A DNA stretch of 62,979 nt, the filler included, from Basidiobolus ranarum (Eukaryota), in the NCBI GenBank assembly GCA_040143965.1. It is 6 parts of 6 records of this genome, joined end to end, with 100 filler letters (N's around TTAATTAATTAA, not from the genome) between each part and the next. Parts side by side here need not be neighbours in the genome. Positions count along the whole stretch, not along the records: positions 21,077 to 31,489 come from JASJQH010000707.1; positions 31,590 to 41,993 come from JASJQH010000708.1; 4 more parts are not named here. One strand, written 5' to 3'. This document shows, one piece after another, positions 25,589 to 40,556 of this stretch. How positions within the stretch are numbered: the stretch's first letter is position 1; the number at the start of each line of letters is the position of its first letter. The position numbers were made by a program, and so were the translations under genes. The notes beneath the pieces were generated by a model, which made no database searches, had not been told where the DNA came from, and was given only the letters and a program-made list of their open reading frames with translations.

Positions 25589-26601
25589 TTATCTTAGACG
25601 TTTACTCATGATCTCGTAATCGTACTTGCGTGCTTCGAGTCGAGAGAGCATCTGACTAGGCGAGACTTCGTCAGGCTTGTAGCTAGAAATAACTATCGAT
25701 GAGTTTCAAGAATAAACAAGGCATTAAGCGCGACATCCTTACCCCAACTGGATATAAAAACGGTACGCGGGCTGGTTAGCTAAACAAGTGTGAGTATGAG
25801 TACATCTACAAGTACCACAAATGAATATCCATTGTTTCTTAGAATTACCTATAAATACGGTCAGCATCGACTTGACCATCAACCACTGTTTACCAACACT
25901 TTCCAATTGTTGCATCAAGAATTGACCAATTCTTTTACCGCGCCAATCCTTTTCGATTTGAATTTCCATACTATTGGAAATATATCAACCATAATCAGTC
26001 AATACGAACATACAGAAGTTTTCTTTGTTTGATTTACCAATACACTACTGCCACTAGTTCTTCTTTAATATCCTCTTCGTAGCAAAATTGAAACATGATA
26101 AATCCAACAGGTGTGTTAGTGAGCTCCTCAAATACAATTAAGAACCGATTTGTGTCATCTTCAAACATTTCTTGCCATTTCTCCTCGTCTGACCAACCAC
26201 ACTTTGCCTGACGATACCTATAGTCCCAAGTCAACATCGACCACCAACAAACCATACTATAAAGCAACTTACATGACTTCCATGTTACGTTTAACCAGAT
26301 CAAACGTCCAATCCCGCAACTGTTTTGGTAGATCATGAACGGCGTACCGTTTTAAAAGAAAACTATCTCCTCTAATATTGAGGAAGAGAGATATTCGATT
26401 TAAAAGGTAAACTAAAAATATGAGTGCTAAAAAGAAAGTAACTTACTCTAAACAAACAAAAGTCTCTTCTAAAGTATCGCAAAACTCCGCTCCAGTCTAA
26501 TAAAACTCTTAGTAAATATACTTACGTAAGTGTTGGTGTCGCTAGGTTTTATAAATCCTAGAAAATACCTGGAGCGCTCGATTGACTGGACAACTAGACA
26601 T
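25589..26601 (-). CDS. NAA40: N-alpha-acetyltransferase 40 (NatD, histone H4/H2A), multi-exon
   Basis: Spliced MSSCPVNRALQ.., WTFDLVKRNME, YRQAKCGWSDEEKWQEM, EIQIEKDWRGKRIGQFLM, MLTVF.AN, GYKPDEVSPS..DYEIMSK. GNAT motif A and GT-AG introns. Confidence 0.9.
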
Positions 26602-27401
26602 ATTTGCTAGGATATAGTTTAAAGGGTAGAAAAAGAGACGTGACAACATTGTGATATTTATCATTGCAATATTTGGATTTTTGGGTGCAAGTACAGAATA
26701 TTGTTTAAATATCTGCTAAGCTATATCAAAAATGAAAATTACATAGTGAAGATAAATCCAATGTTGAGAAACTCATCTAAAGAAAGTAAAGGCCAATAAG
26801 AACAGGAGAAACACAGTGTCACAAGTTGATTGGTGTAGTTTTGTTGAATAGCATTTCGGTGATGACCAAAATTAGTGAATATGTTTAAAATAATTCACTA
26901 GAGCCTAAAGTTGTGTTGTGCTTGGATAGCAAAGCTGTACTCTTCAGAAACCATCTTTACTTCTCATCCAAAGTCACATTGCTAGAGTACTGCGTATTCC
27001 AAACGAAACTAATATGTCATTATTATGTATTATATTATAGTAGACGACTAATTAAAAGTAATCGAAAATTTAGGCTAAACCATTTATTCCTGGAGCTTAT
27101 ATAAATTACATATTTATGATGAAATAATATATGTATGTCATATCACTTCAAAATTCGAAAATTTGGAAATGGAAAGTACTAAGTTAAGAAAGGTAACGCG
27201 GTTTGTACAAGATAAAGAAATCATGCATAAATTAAAAAAAGATGCATAAACGATTTAAATAGGGAAAGTCGGATCTATGTACACATGTAAAAAAGTACGG
27301 ACAGATTCCGCCTTCTCCTTAGTCGAGGGGGAAAAAATAAGATAAAACTATATCACACATTAATCTCCTTTTCTCGCTCCGCGCCATAGTAATCGACTAC
27401 T

Positions 27402-29689
<2,288 letters not shown>

Positions 29690-31337
29690 ATTGTCGAAAG
29701 GAAGTATGTAATTAAAGTCAAAAAAACCATGTATGCTCTCTTGTCTTATAAGGATTATTTGAAATTATATATCCACCAGTAATAAATTAGAATCAGGAAA
29801 AAAAGAAATATTCAGTTTTGTTACGCATGCGGTCTACCAATTTTATTTGAGATGCTGGCTACTGAAATCCCCTACAATGGTGGTCAATCAACAAATGTAG
29901 CGCGGAAACATATTAGCGTATTTGATCCCAGGAGAAATGACATAAGAGTGTTCTCTGAAAGATTACGTCATCTAGCCATTTATTACATCATTGATATGAT
30001 CGCTAGCCCGCAGTTGATCAGCCATTTTCTTTACTTTACTGCTACATGATATGGATACAGGTAAATATAGCCAACCAAAGGCGATTGGGCTTGATGGATG
30101 CTGGTTTGTTATAAGATAGATCTCATTGTTGGCTTGGTACATTGTAATGCATTTTCCCAGAGCTGTACGGTTGAGATTGTCAGTAGGCGTCGTGCTCCAT
30201 CATTGCTAAGAGTCCTTATTGTCTGAAATACTGTGTACATATTTACTATGCCGCCCGTTATATATCTCGAGGTGTACTTCTGAGCATGGCATTGAAAGTC
30301 AACACATGTGCGTCTGCATGCACACAGAGCATGACTCCTGGCCAGATGCAAGTTAAATTGAATTAACTGATGTTTTACGTCAACGTTGTCATACCTCGAT
30401 CTAGTATAGCTAACCCTGATTTGGAAAAGTTAGATTATTATTCATTTAGAAAACGAATTGAATCCTGACATTCCAGTTGCATAGCAAACCTTTTATACTT
30501 TTTCAAATTGAGTTATCTATTTGGCATTAATTGCTGTTACTACGTATCCTGATATGCTCTATCCACCAAAATCTGTGCATTTCGAGTCTTCAATAATTGG
30601 CAGATTTGTTCACTTATATGCAACTCTGATACTACATGCTCCATGCCATAATTGATCTCCTGATGTGTATAGCAACGTACCAATATTATTAACTTCATGA
30701 TTAGCGGCCAAACTCGATATATTACTAGGGTTAATGTCAGAGTTATTTGCAGCGGTATTTGGAACTCAGTATTGAGGCTTACTTTCCCTTTGAAAGGTTC
30801 TTTATTTTCCAAAAGTAGCAAGTACTGAGTTTAGGTAAATACCAATAGATAGACCATCAGGCTTATCAACACATTAGATATTTTGGTACACAAACTGTCA
30901 TGTTTAAACGTTTCCTGCTTTAAATTTGCCAACAAAACATACCCCACTTACCTAATAATGGCAACTTTTTAACCCCCCCATTATTTTCTTAGCTTAAAAA
31001 ATAATCTTATGGTATCTTTTTCAACAAAAATAATATCAACCTTCTAAAAAATATTGCCAAAATAGCAACTTTTATACCCCACTGAAAAATTAATCCATAC
31101 TTTCTATTGATAATAATATAACATAAAGTTCTTTTAGCCTTGCTTGTATAAGACTCAATCTTACATTCACTACAATACTCAATATTAGAGACATCTATGC
31201 ATGCAATGCAACAATAGGCTTAATCACTCTTAATATTGAATTAATCTATATATTTTCCTAGTTGGTTGTATTACCCTCACTGATATATTACATCAAATTA
31301 CACACACTACTATATATCTCAAGCAGTTGAATCATTC

Positions 31338-31489
31338 TGTTGGAATCAGCATTGCCTAAACACTTATATTGTCATTTATGTTGAAATTAGCATTGCCTAA
31401 ACACCTATACAGTCATATATAGCTTAGTACTTAGTTATCTTATAATTCACTAAGATATTATCAATTATTCTCAATCGGAATTTACTTAG
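31338..31489 (+). repeat. LTR-like repeat at the contig end, same family as 20659-20950
   Basis: TGTTGGAATCAGCATTGCCTAAACAC followed by TGTTGAAATTAGCATTGCCTAAACACC..GGAATTTACTTAG, matching 20739-20849. Confidence 0.85.
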
Positions 31490-31589
31490 NNNNNNNNNNN
31501 NNNNNNNNNNNNNNNNNNNNNNNNNNNNNNNNNTTAATTAATTAANNNNNNNNNNNNNNNNNNNNNNNNNNNNNNNNNNNNNNNNNNNN
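31490..31589. other. artificial contig linker
   Basis: 44N-TTAATTAATTAA-44N. Confidence 0.98.
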
Positions 31590-31591
31590 GG

Positions 31592-32236
31592 AAAGTCGAT
31601 GTCAACCGAGATATTCATGAATCTGCTTTTGCAAGTAGTGAGGCAGCTCATACATGGCTGGAATATCATCGACTCGTAGAAATCGCCACGAAACAGGTAG
31701 AGCGTAGCTTTGGTAGAGGTCTATATATTGACCTACATGGTCAAAAGCACCCAGAAAAATGGATTGAGTTAGGATATCTCGTTCATGGAAATGAGCTAGA
31801 TACCTTAGACAAGTATTCAAACACAGCCTCAACCATTGGCCGAACAAGCAGTCTACGTGGGCTAAACACTCATGGAAGTAATTTCCTGGACCTCATCCGC
31901 GGCCCTAACTCATTAGGTGGTCTATTTGAAAAGAAATCTTACAAAGCTGTACCATCTCCCTCAATACCGTCACCTAACGGAGGTTTATATTACCGCGGAG
32001 GATACTGCTTACAACGTCATACTAGTCAAAGTATCGATGGTGTACAGATTGAGCTACCTGCTCATCTACGGCGCGGTAGTCTGGAAGTAAGAAGTCAATT
32101 AGTCAACGATATGGCCGAAATTGTGGATCATTTCGTGAACCAACATTACCCAATGGTAAAACAAAAGATGTCGAACTTTGTCAAGCCATATCCATTACGG
32201 TTGAACCGTGAATATACCAATGAGCTTTATGTCTAA
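31592..32236 (+). CDS. N-formylglutamate amidohydrolase-like (Zn-exopeptidase fold) protein, 5'-truncated
   Basis: Manually translated frame of 214 codons, open from the contig edge: KVDVNR..WLEYH..GRGLYIDLHGQKHPEKWIELGYL..LIRGPNSLGGLFE..AVPSPSIPSP..YYRGGYCLQRH..IDGVQIELP..*. Absent from the ORF track. Confidence 0.82.
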   Translation, partial: KVDVNRDIHESAFASSEAAHTWLEYHRLVEIATKQVERSFGRGLYIDLHGQKHPEKWIELGYLVHGNELDTLDKYSNTASTIGRTSSLRGLNTHGSNFLDLIRGPNSLGGLFEKKSYKAVPSPSIPSPNGGLYYRGGYCLQRHTSQSIDGVQIELPAHLRRGSLEVRSQLVNDMAEIVDHFVNQHYPMVKQKMSNFVKPYPLRLNREYTNELYV

Positions 32237-35188
32237 GTTTATCCAACTCGCTAATCCCCAACTTATACATATCTTCATGTACCATTGATGAATCACTTGC
32301 GTCATTTAGGGCTGGTGAAATAAGCCAATAATAATTGTAAATCTGTACACTTAAACACTGTGGATAGTATCAGGCAATCAGGAGTTTTTCAGAATAGCAC
32401 TCATTCGGTAAACATTTAGTAAATATTCATATAACAAGTTATTGATTGGCGGGTTTATCTACCTGATGTCACATGATCATGAGAGTTTGTGGATTATCTG
32501 ATAAGGGCTACATTCAATGGGATAGCAATGCTAGTGGTTCAGCGAGTAACAAGAGCTATGCTGACATGGGGCTAAACGGTAAACTATATGTATAACAAGC
32601 GCTCAGGGATAACGTCAAGATGATCTAACTTTTGGAGTATAGTTGTAGCATACATATCCACATAATCGCACAAATTACTTCCTGACGCAAGCACCCACAT
32701 TTGCAATAAAGAGCACATGAGCCATACACTGGCATCTTTGGCCAATTTAAAATGCAACCCAGGTTAGTGGCATTATGTTAAGGAGTATATTATTTCAGGT
32801 TCTCATTTCTCCTGAAATACTCTCTATGCGTCTAGGAGATAGGAGTCGATAACCATCGGAAAGTAGAACCAAGACATGATTTAAAACGGAAAAATCGCAA
32901 GAGATCTGACAATTGGGTTTTAGAATTATTTGGGACCGGCAAAACCTCCTTTTTATGTGGAGATGAGGAGATAATACGAGATATCAAGATAAGCATGGTG
33001 CAACAGCTCATATTTCAAATCTTGTAATAAAGCAACTACATTTAAGCCGTTCATGTATAGCTCAAGCATGTGATCATTAAAATATGTGTGAAACCGTAGC
33101 TTGGTGCCTTCCAAAGAGCAGGTTAAGATCAGTAGATAGTAATAAAATGTGTTTGGAATCATTTTACAAAAAACCGACAAAATGAACAGTCTAGTCTGTT
33201 CTACAGCCTGATACGAGAAATCAGTTTCAAATGAGGATCCATTGTGGCCTTTGAGCCTGCTATAGCCCAAAATCTATGACAGGCTCTTGCCGTTTTATGC
33301 GACTGTATCTGAGATTACATGCCACACAACAGTGCCGTTTTAAGCCAACTGGGAGTAATGGTGCTATATATGGAGACTTTTATTGACGATCAACGATACG
33401 ATTCTTAGCATGATATAGATATTTATGTATATAGGCAAGGTGAATCATTGGTAAGCATGTTCATTAATATCAATAGTGCCATACTAACCACCTTGCCGTC
33501 ACTTGATGGAAGCTGTTTGATGTTGTTTATCATGCTTGATGCCATCTCTTGCTAGTTTTACTTTTACTTGGAACCTACCCCTCCGAGTCATGAATCTCAA
33601 TACCACTCTCCACCTGAGTATGTTTCAGAAGTCATGTTCCTGAAACAGCATCTACTGTAAGGAATGATGAATGAAAGTTTATTTGTATATCGGTAATAGT
33701 ATAGAATGGTTTAACTCAAAGATAGAGTTGTTTCATTACAAAACACTACAGATTACTGCATGTTTTATAGTAGACAAGTAATCTCAAGCGTCTCGACTAA
33801 ACTTTAAATCGAATAATAAGAGTGGGAGCTTATGAAAATGTACCTATATGGTTAACTCTTGGTGAGATCTTTTGAATGGCAACTCATCTTTGCATTAAAT
33901 GTTTTGCCATTGGAAAACCGAGTCGGAGGTTTGGTGAAGAAGCAAGACATATTCTAATATGGCTTTACTAATATATCAAAAATATCTCTTGGGTATGGTT
34001 ACCAATGCTCAATACATTTCCTCCCTTTAGTTCAGATCAGGTTGCACACCAATCGAATTTGCAGTTAGCAGAATCATTACATAGTAGCCAGCCAAAACCC
34101 AACTAGAGTATGGATATATCAATGATTACAAGATTCCAGAAATACCCTCTGTAACTGTATATCTAGGCCTAATTCAAAAATACAGATTCAACACTACCAC
34201 TCCCCAGGTCTAAGTCCATCACTCTTCCTTCATTGTACTCAAATGGTAAGAGATATTGAATAAGTGAAGTATGTCTGTTCACTAGGAATTAGTGCTTTAT
34301 TGAGTAGGAAATCAGCTTTCTCCTAATTCTGTTTGTTACTAATTCAAACATAAACATGAAAGTTTTGTGAGTATTGAGGAAGATGAAATAGAAGCTTGGA
34401 GAGTTGGGATACTTGTCTTTTTCTCCGCATCTGAAAAATATATACTACAACTGTGACTTGAGGAATCTTCAGTAAATAAGTATTAGATAAGATAAACATG
34501 ATATATGAATGTGCAGGTTCTGAATTATAATTTGGCACTTGAAATATAAGAATTGCTTTAACAAGGACTACTAAATCGTGGCTGCTCCAAGCCTGCATCC
34601 ACTGATATGAATATTTGTTTGTGATACATCTTTGAGATAATATAATAACACATCATTCAATCAGATACGTTATTTATTGAAATGCTTGATAGACGTTTCT
34701 TCAATTTTCCATGGTGCAACTATGTGGTTGTATCCCAATCTTAATTGTTATATATAAGATGTTTCTGGATTATTATTGTTGTTGAGCTGCATATATTTTT
34801 CAAAAGAATTCTCTTTATGAGAAACTATCAACGCTATCATAAATCCCTATATAATGATACAGGTAACACATAAGTTAAGAGCGGATCTGTACACAAATCC
34901 AATTTAAGTGAGGAAGCCAATAGAAGTCATAGAGAGAGAACACAAGAGATGATCTTTTGCACGAGTGTACCACCACAATTAATAAGGTCATTACTGATTA
35001 CCAAAACAGTAGATAAGTAGCAGATTTGCGATGCACCGAAGAGGCAGGATTAATGTATATCTAGCAACACTTAAATATCAAGAACTATTAAGAATTTCAT
35101 GGATCTATAAGTATTGAGAATCGTGCATGCTGTATAGACAACTATTCTAATTATTTCTCACCTCCTTCGCCTGTTCGATTGATTCGAA

Positions 35189-35722
35189 ATGCAATTCAAA
35201 TATCTTAGCCTGGTTGTTCTGATGACTACTTTCGCCAGTACTTTTGCTGATGTTTCCATCACTAGTCCTATTGCTGGTACACAATGGAAAGCTGGAAAAA
35301 AAGTATCCATCACTTGGCTGGAAGTCCCCAAGACTGAAACTCCTGCAAATATTGATATCTATTTGGTTGCCGGGCAAGCCGAAAATTTGAAAATCGTGGG
35401 TACTATCGCCAATGGAGTGGATTCAACCAAAAAAAAGTATACCTGGACCGTACCTAAGGATCTTGTTAACAACATGGACTACTCCGTACGTATTGATGCT
35501 GGTGACAACCAAAGCTACTCTCATTATTTCCATATCGATAGTGAGGTAATGGCCCCTAAGACTACCTCAAAGGCTGTACCTACTTCAACTCAACTACCAC
35601 CTTCCAGTAGTACAAGCATCCCTACTGCTGTCGTCGCCGCTTCGGATTCCAAAAATGGTGCCGCTTCGTTCACTTTCGGATCTCTTTTGATGGTTCCAGT
35701 TTTGGCCGCTGTTCTTAACTAA
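35189..35722 (+). CDS. Ser/Thr-rich GPI-anchored cell-wall protein (Kre9/KNH-like N-terminal domain)
   Basis: Signal peptide, ITSPIAGTQWKAG..ITW..YTWTVP..YSHYFHI, S/T/P linker, omega site (NGAAS) and hydrophobic tail. Confidence 0.9.
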   Translation: MQFKYLSLVVLMTTFASTFADVSITSPIAGTQWKAGKKVSITWLEVPKTETPANIDIYLVAGQAENLKIVGTIANGVDSTKKKYTWTVPKDLVNNMDYSVRIDAGDNQSYSHYFHIDSEVMAPKTTSKAVPTSTQLPPSSSTSIPTAVVAASDSKNGAASFTFGSLLMVPVLAAVLN

Positions 35723-36397
35723 TCGTATATAAAGGACGATTTAGTGAATAATAAAGTAATATAATTAATTCATTGATAACTTGGCTTTTTGCCGTAAGAC
35801 TATTTTACAGTACTTTAGAAGACTGGGTTAATCAACTAGCCCTTGGGATGGTACATACTTGACTTCATTGCTCATAGTTCAGTGTCAAATCGAAGGCCTT
35901 TGAAACAGAGGTCGAGATTGGGTAAAGATCTAGGGTGTCAGAAATTTATTTGAAGATGCACTCGGGTAACCTTGCATAGCTTAACTGTGTATGTGCTATT
36001 CGTGTATCTGTATGTAAGAAAGAATAAATGTAGTAGTTGCCTTTGAGAGGCAATTGTCTATCTGGGTTCGTCTGGGGTGCCAATGATTCGATGTTACAAA
36101 AATGAATATCTCGCATTGTCTGCGGAGCAATTGTTAACAGAAAAACCGTTACTGTAAGGTTCTCATCATAAAGGAATTATATTACGAGAACAAGAGAAGG
36201 GAACCTACATACATGATTGTATAGAGATAGATATACGTTGAGGACTGCAAAAAGAATGATACACGAGAGATAAAATCGGAAAAAGTACACAATATAATAT
36301 AATATATAGAACTGACTAAAATATTATAAGATTACCAACAAAATTGAGGCCCGGGATCTCAAGAAATCATAGAAAAGGATATCCCATTCAAAGCATC

Positions 36398-37453
36398 TTA
36401 TCCATTGGTGCAACCCTTGGCTATGTGGCGTTGCAAGCCATCTTTTCTAGAAAAGTGTTTCTGGCAGTCAGGACAGTGGTGCGGCCTTTCCCCATTGTGC
36501 ACTGTTGCTAGATGTCGACTGAGGTCATGCTTTCGACCAAAAGATTTTGAACAGTCGGGACAATTAAAGGGACGCGCTAGTTTCGGATCGTGTCCGCGTA
36601 CATGTACATTTAAATTAAACTTTCTTGCAAAGTGAACTCCGCATATGGGACAGCCATATTTTTTATCCTGTGGTGCTGTTGATTTGTTTTTAGAGCTATA
36701 GCCCGTCGTTTTTTCCTCCTGTGAGCTCTCTAAGAGCGACGACTTTTGTACTAAGTTCTTAGGCTTCAAGATTGTGTCAGCATTGTGGTTGCGGGAAGTT
36801 ACTTCCTCTAGTGGTGCGACAAAAGCGTGCTGCTTATCTTCATAATTTTCGTCGTCAACATGAAATGATCCTCCTTTACAAAACAGCGAGAAATCAAATG
36901 AAGACTGGTCTGGGACTGGATTCGAGCTAAATCCTGGCGGTTGGAACTCTACTTGAGGAGTCAAGAAAGGTGTGGTTTGCACCGAACTAAGTTCGTATGA
37001 ATGATTTTGTGGTGAAGATAAAGTTGATACAGATTCTTGACTAGGGTAAATTGGGGCGAAAGGGGTACATGAAGAAAGAGGATTCTTCTGATGCAGTGGA
37101 GTGTTTAAGAAAGGAGACATCAATTGAGTATTTGCATACATTAACTGGGGCGTAGATGTAGAGGAAAGGGAAGAGTTTGAGGGAAAAAGAGATCGGTAGG
37201 TGTGATCCGTATTGGACTGTATAGGAGTTTCAGTCATTGAGGTTAACATTGTAGAGTCAGAATACGAGCTCATTTCTACATGATCAAAGACAGTAAAATC
37301 CATGTCGAGGGTAGAGCGCGTTCGAACTGACATATAATTTTTGGGGAATTTCTTTCTGTTGCTGTGTTTGCTACATATATTAGCATATTTATCGTTATTG
37401 AACATTGTCGGGTTCGATGGAATAATGATATGGTACTCAGTAGAGAGTACCAT
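36398..37453 (-). CDS. C2H2 zinc-finger transcription factor (three C-terminal fingers)
   Basis: CPICGVHFARKFNLNVHVRGH, CPDCSKSFGRKHDLSRHLATVH, CPDCQKHFSRKDGLQRH, with an S/P/T-rich N-terminal region. Start ATG uncertain. Confidence 0.9.
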   Translation of the reverse strand: MVLSTEYHIIIPSNPTMFNNDKYANICSKHSNRKKFPKNYMSVRTRSTLDMDFTVFDHVEMSSYSDSTMLTSMTETPIQSNTDHTYRSLFPSNSSLSSTSTPQLMYANTQLMSPFLNTPLHQKNPLSSCTPFAPIYPSQESVSTLSSPQNHSYELSSVQTTPFLTPQVEFQPPGFSSNPVPDQSSFDFSLFCKGGSFHVDDENYEDKQHAFVAPLEEVTSRNHNADTILKPKNLVQKSSLLESSQEEKTTGYSSKNKSTAPQDKKYGCPICGVHFARKFNLNVHVRGHDPKLARPFNCPDCSKSFGRKHDLSRHLATVHNGERPHHCPDCQKHFSRKDGLQRHIAKGCTNG

Positions 37454-39893
37454 GCTCAGATGCAGGTGAAAGAAAGGGGACTGCTGAATGATCCAAGTGG
37501 GATTTGACAGCCTCAACAAGTCAAGAGATCAAATAATAAAAAAGTCTTAAGGACACGGATAGCTCGATGCCAAAGGGTCAAAGGATGAAATCAAAATACC
37601 AGGGGATGCAAGTAAGTCTTTTAAATTCATTCATCTTGCGGAGGGCATGTCTCATCAATTAGTAATGAAGGATACCTGATTGGCTGGTACCTAATCAAAA
37701 GATAAACTTGGTGTAGATCAAGTAATGTGATTAACAGAATATGGCAGTCAGAAGGTACTATACATTGCGACGCTGCTGTATAAGGTATCATGCTAATCAG
37801 CGCAATGGTTGAATATTATTACATATAATAGGGCTTAACGGAATTAGTTCTGCCTGATTTTGGATGAATTCCAAAGTTTGCGGTTTATTTGATGATAGAG
37901 CCAATCAAATAAACACTGTGTTTAGAGATGCGGCAGGGCAAAGAAACATTTTAATATACAAGTGTGAAACAAATGTCTCATGATTTTCAAGCCTAGCTTC
38001 TATCAAAGAAATGCAGTTTACTAGAATCGACCAGAAACCTATTATAGAATAGCTTTTGTATTAAGTATATATATAGAATGCTAGTCCAGCTCGAGAGCGA
38101 TTTCCGCATTCATTGGAAAAGCACTTCACGACTGCCTATTTGCAGGACAATGAACCATGTGTGACTGCCAATTTATATCCCGATTTACCCGATATGACCT
38201 ATCACCACCGCATATCTCATAATGAAGCTTAACAAAAAACTATATGAAACTAAGATATTCATAGAAAACTATTTGGATTACGGAATTGATACCATCTTAT
38301 ATTCTTAGCCGAGCTTGAAGAGTCGGTTGAGTGCCCAATATAAGAAATTAGTCTAATGACATTAACAAATAGCCAAGTAAAAGTCTATGGGATGTACTCT
38401 TAAAACAATCTTGCAATACCTCTATTTCAAGCGGCCTTAAACAGTCCCTGTCATACTCTTCCAAGAGGTACTATATGCTAACTGACAAAAGTCTTGCTGA
38501 GCATGAACCAAGGCTAGTGTTCTGATATTGCTAAGCCTTCTCGTAGACTTTTTACCTATAATAGGAGATCTAGATTATGCTACACAAAACGCATCACCGT
38601 CGTTTGCTGATGTCGTCCACGCTTCCATTTTCACATCGTATTGTTCTTTTTCTCACTTTATCTGTCTTTTACCCTCTAACTCATGGTGTCCCCTCTTTAA
38701 GAATCTCTTAGTCTTTTGTTTTTCATTACAACCATCTGGTATGTTTCTGCCTAATACCTTTGTGTCGTCATCCTTTATATAACACTATTTCTCGTATCAA
38801 GAATTCCCTGGATTAGGAATCACTTAAATTCAGCAGGAACAGTTCTAATAAACTGTACTTCTGGTTTCGATTGTGGGCTATTAACTTGGACACTGAAGCG
38901 TCTCAAGGGAATATCTAGATTACATTTGTACCCGAGCTGAGATAGGACTCTCCGTTTATCTGAACAATTCCTAATTAAGTACGCATATTTGGAAAAGCAA
39001 CAATGGGTCTGTGATCTCTAAGCTTTTGGAACGGAGTTTCGTCTAGAAAACAAATATAACACTTGCATTAATACACTACTTTTTGGGAATAAGTTTTCTT
39101 GGCATGTCTCACGTGATAGGAGAACCCTGAATGACTAAACCAACTCTAGGCATATACCTGACATCATTTCTCTGCGATACAGATCCATTTCTATCATGTG
39201 CTATACTACGATTCTTCAAATTACTGCCAGTGACGAGGTCAACTTATTTGCATGTGATTGTCGTCACGCCTTGATATTCCTTCCATACATTGATATGAAT
39301 ACTTTTCTCTAATCTTCCCTTAGGGCCAATCATTAATGTCTGAGAATTAATAATTGAGAATTTAATGCAAATATCATGAATCTGAAGTGAAAACGGAAAC
39401 AGGAGAGATACCAAGACTGAACCAGTAATGTCTTGGTTAATAACAAATAGACTAGATTCACTGTTATATATATATATACATGTTCTAAGATTGTATCCCC
39501 TCTTTCCGTAACTTATCGAAATATCAATCAACCTTTCATCCTGCCTGCTATTACGTACTTGGCTTCGATTTAGCTACCTCTACAGATATCTCTTCTTCTC
39601 AGTTGCTCATCGTATTTCCTCATTATTTCCTTGTTACCTGGATGAGATAGTTTCCTAACATATTTTAGCTGCATTTACTAGATGTCTTTTCTTAATAGCT
39701 TTGCTTCATTTCGCTTCTAATTGATCTGTCTTCATTCATATAAATTCGCACAAAATAGTTTTTATCCTTTCAGATCCTCATACCTTTTACTTCTGGTACT
39801 TGCCACATCACGAAGCTGTGTTCTCTATTATCAACTACTGTGTTTGGGCTGTTCCCATTAATACTTGTTTCAATCTCGACTTTCATAGTCGCT

Positions 39894-40556
39894 ATGCTAT
39901 TTCAGAAACCTTGCAATAACACATCCTTGAGCAGTTCACAAAACTCTGGTATTTCTGTGGCTCCACTTTTTCCGTGCCTTACGAAATCGCTCTTTGGCTG
40001 TAAGACGACGTCGCACGTTAAGGCAACCAACGTATCTCAAAATTGTACACTTGCACCCGTGTTATCTCGTTTTTGGCGCAATCTCTTCCCTCCAGGGATC
40101 ATCCATATACAAAGACTACATACTGAATCTTATAGCGCGGCTACAAAGTCTAATTATTTTTATAATGTAGTAGAATCTACTGGTTTAGCTGCGCTAGGTA
40201 ATAATCCTCTGGGCTTCACTACCCAGCGACTTTATTTAAGCAATTCTACTTCCAATACTCACGCTGCTACTCCCAATACCTCTATTGAGCCTTCCTCCGA
40301 ATATGAATTTTTCACACACAACAGAGACAACTCTGAATCTCCTTGGGAGGATTTCCAGCTATATGATTCTGATTCCGACTCAGAAATGAGCAGTGATACA
40401 TCATTATCAGTCCCCATGCTTGCACCACTAAATGAGATTTTCCAGTCCCGTCAAAATCATGACGAAAAATGGGAACGACTTAAGCGAGCATCGTCTAGTT
40501 CAAACCCTGAATCTGATTCCAATAGCAGGAGAATGTTCTATTTTCATTCCGACTGA
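39894..40556 (+). CDS. hypothetical Ser-rich/acidic protein
   Basis: 220-codon open frame from ATG 39894, upstream TATAAA near 39738, acidic patch YDSDSDSEMSSD. No recognisable domain. Confidence 0.5.
   Translation: MLFQKPCNNTSLSSSQNSGISVAPLFPCLTKSLFGCKTTSHVKATNVSQNCTLAPVLSRFWRNLFPPGIIHIQRLHTESYSAATKSNYFYNVVESTGLAALGNNPLGFTTQRLYLSNSTSNTHAATPNTSIEPSSEYEFFTHNRDNSESPWEDFQLYDSDSDSEMSSDTSLSVPMLAPLNEIFQSRQNHDEKWERLKRASSSSNPESDSNSRRMFYFHSD

Noticed and set aside
27310-27400. Possible hairpin in the DED1 3' UTR (TAGTCGA/TCGACTA arms)
   Set aside because: The arms are short; no structural or conservation evidence is obtainable by eye.
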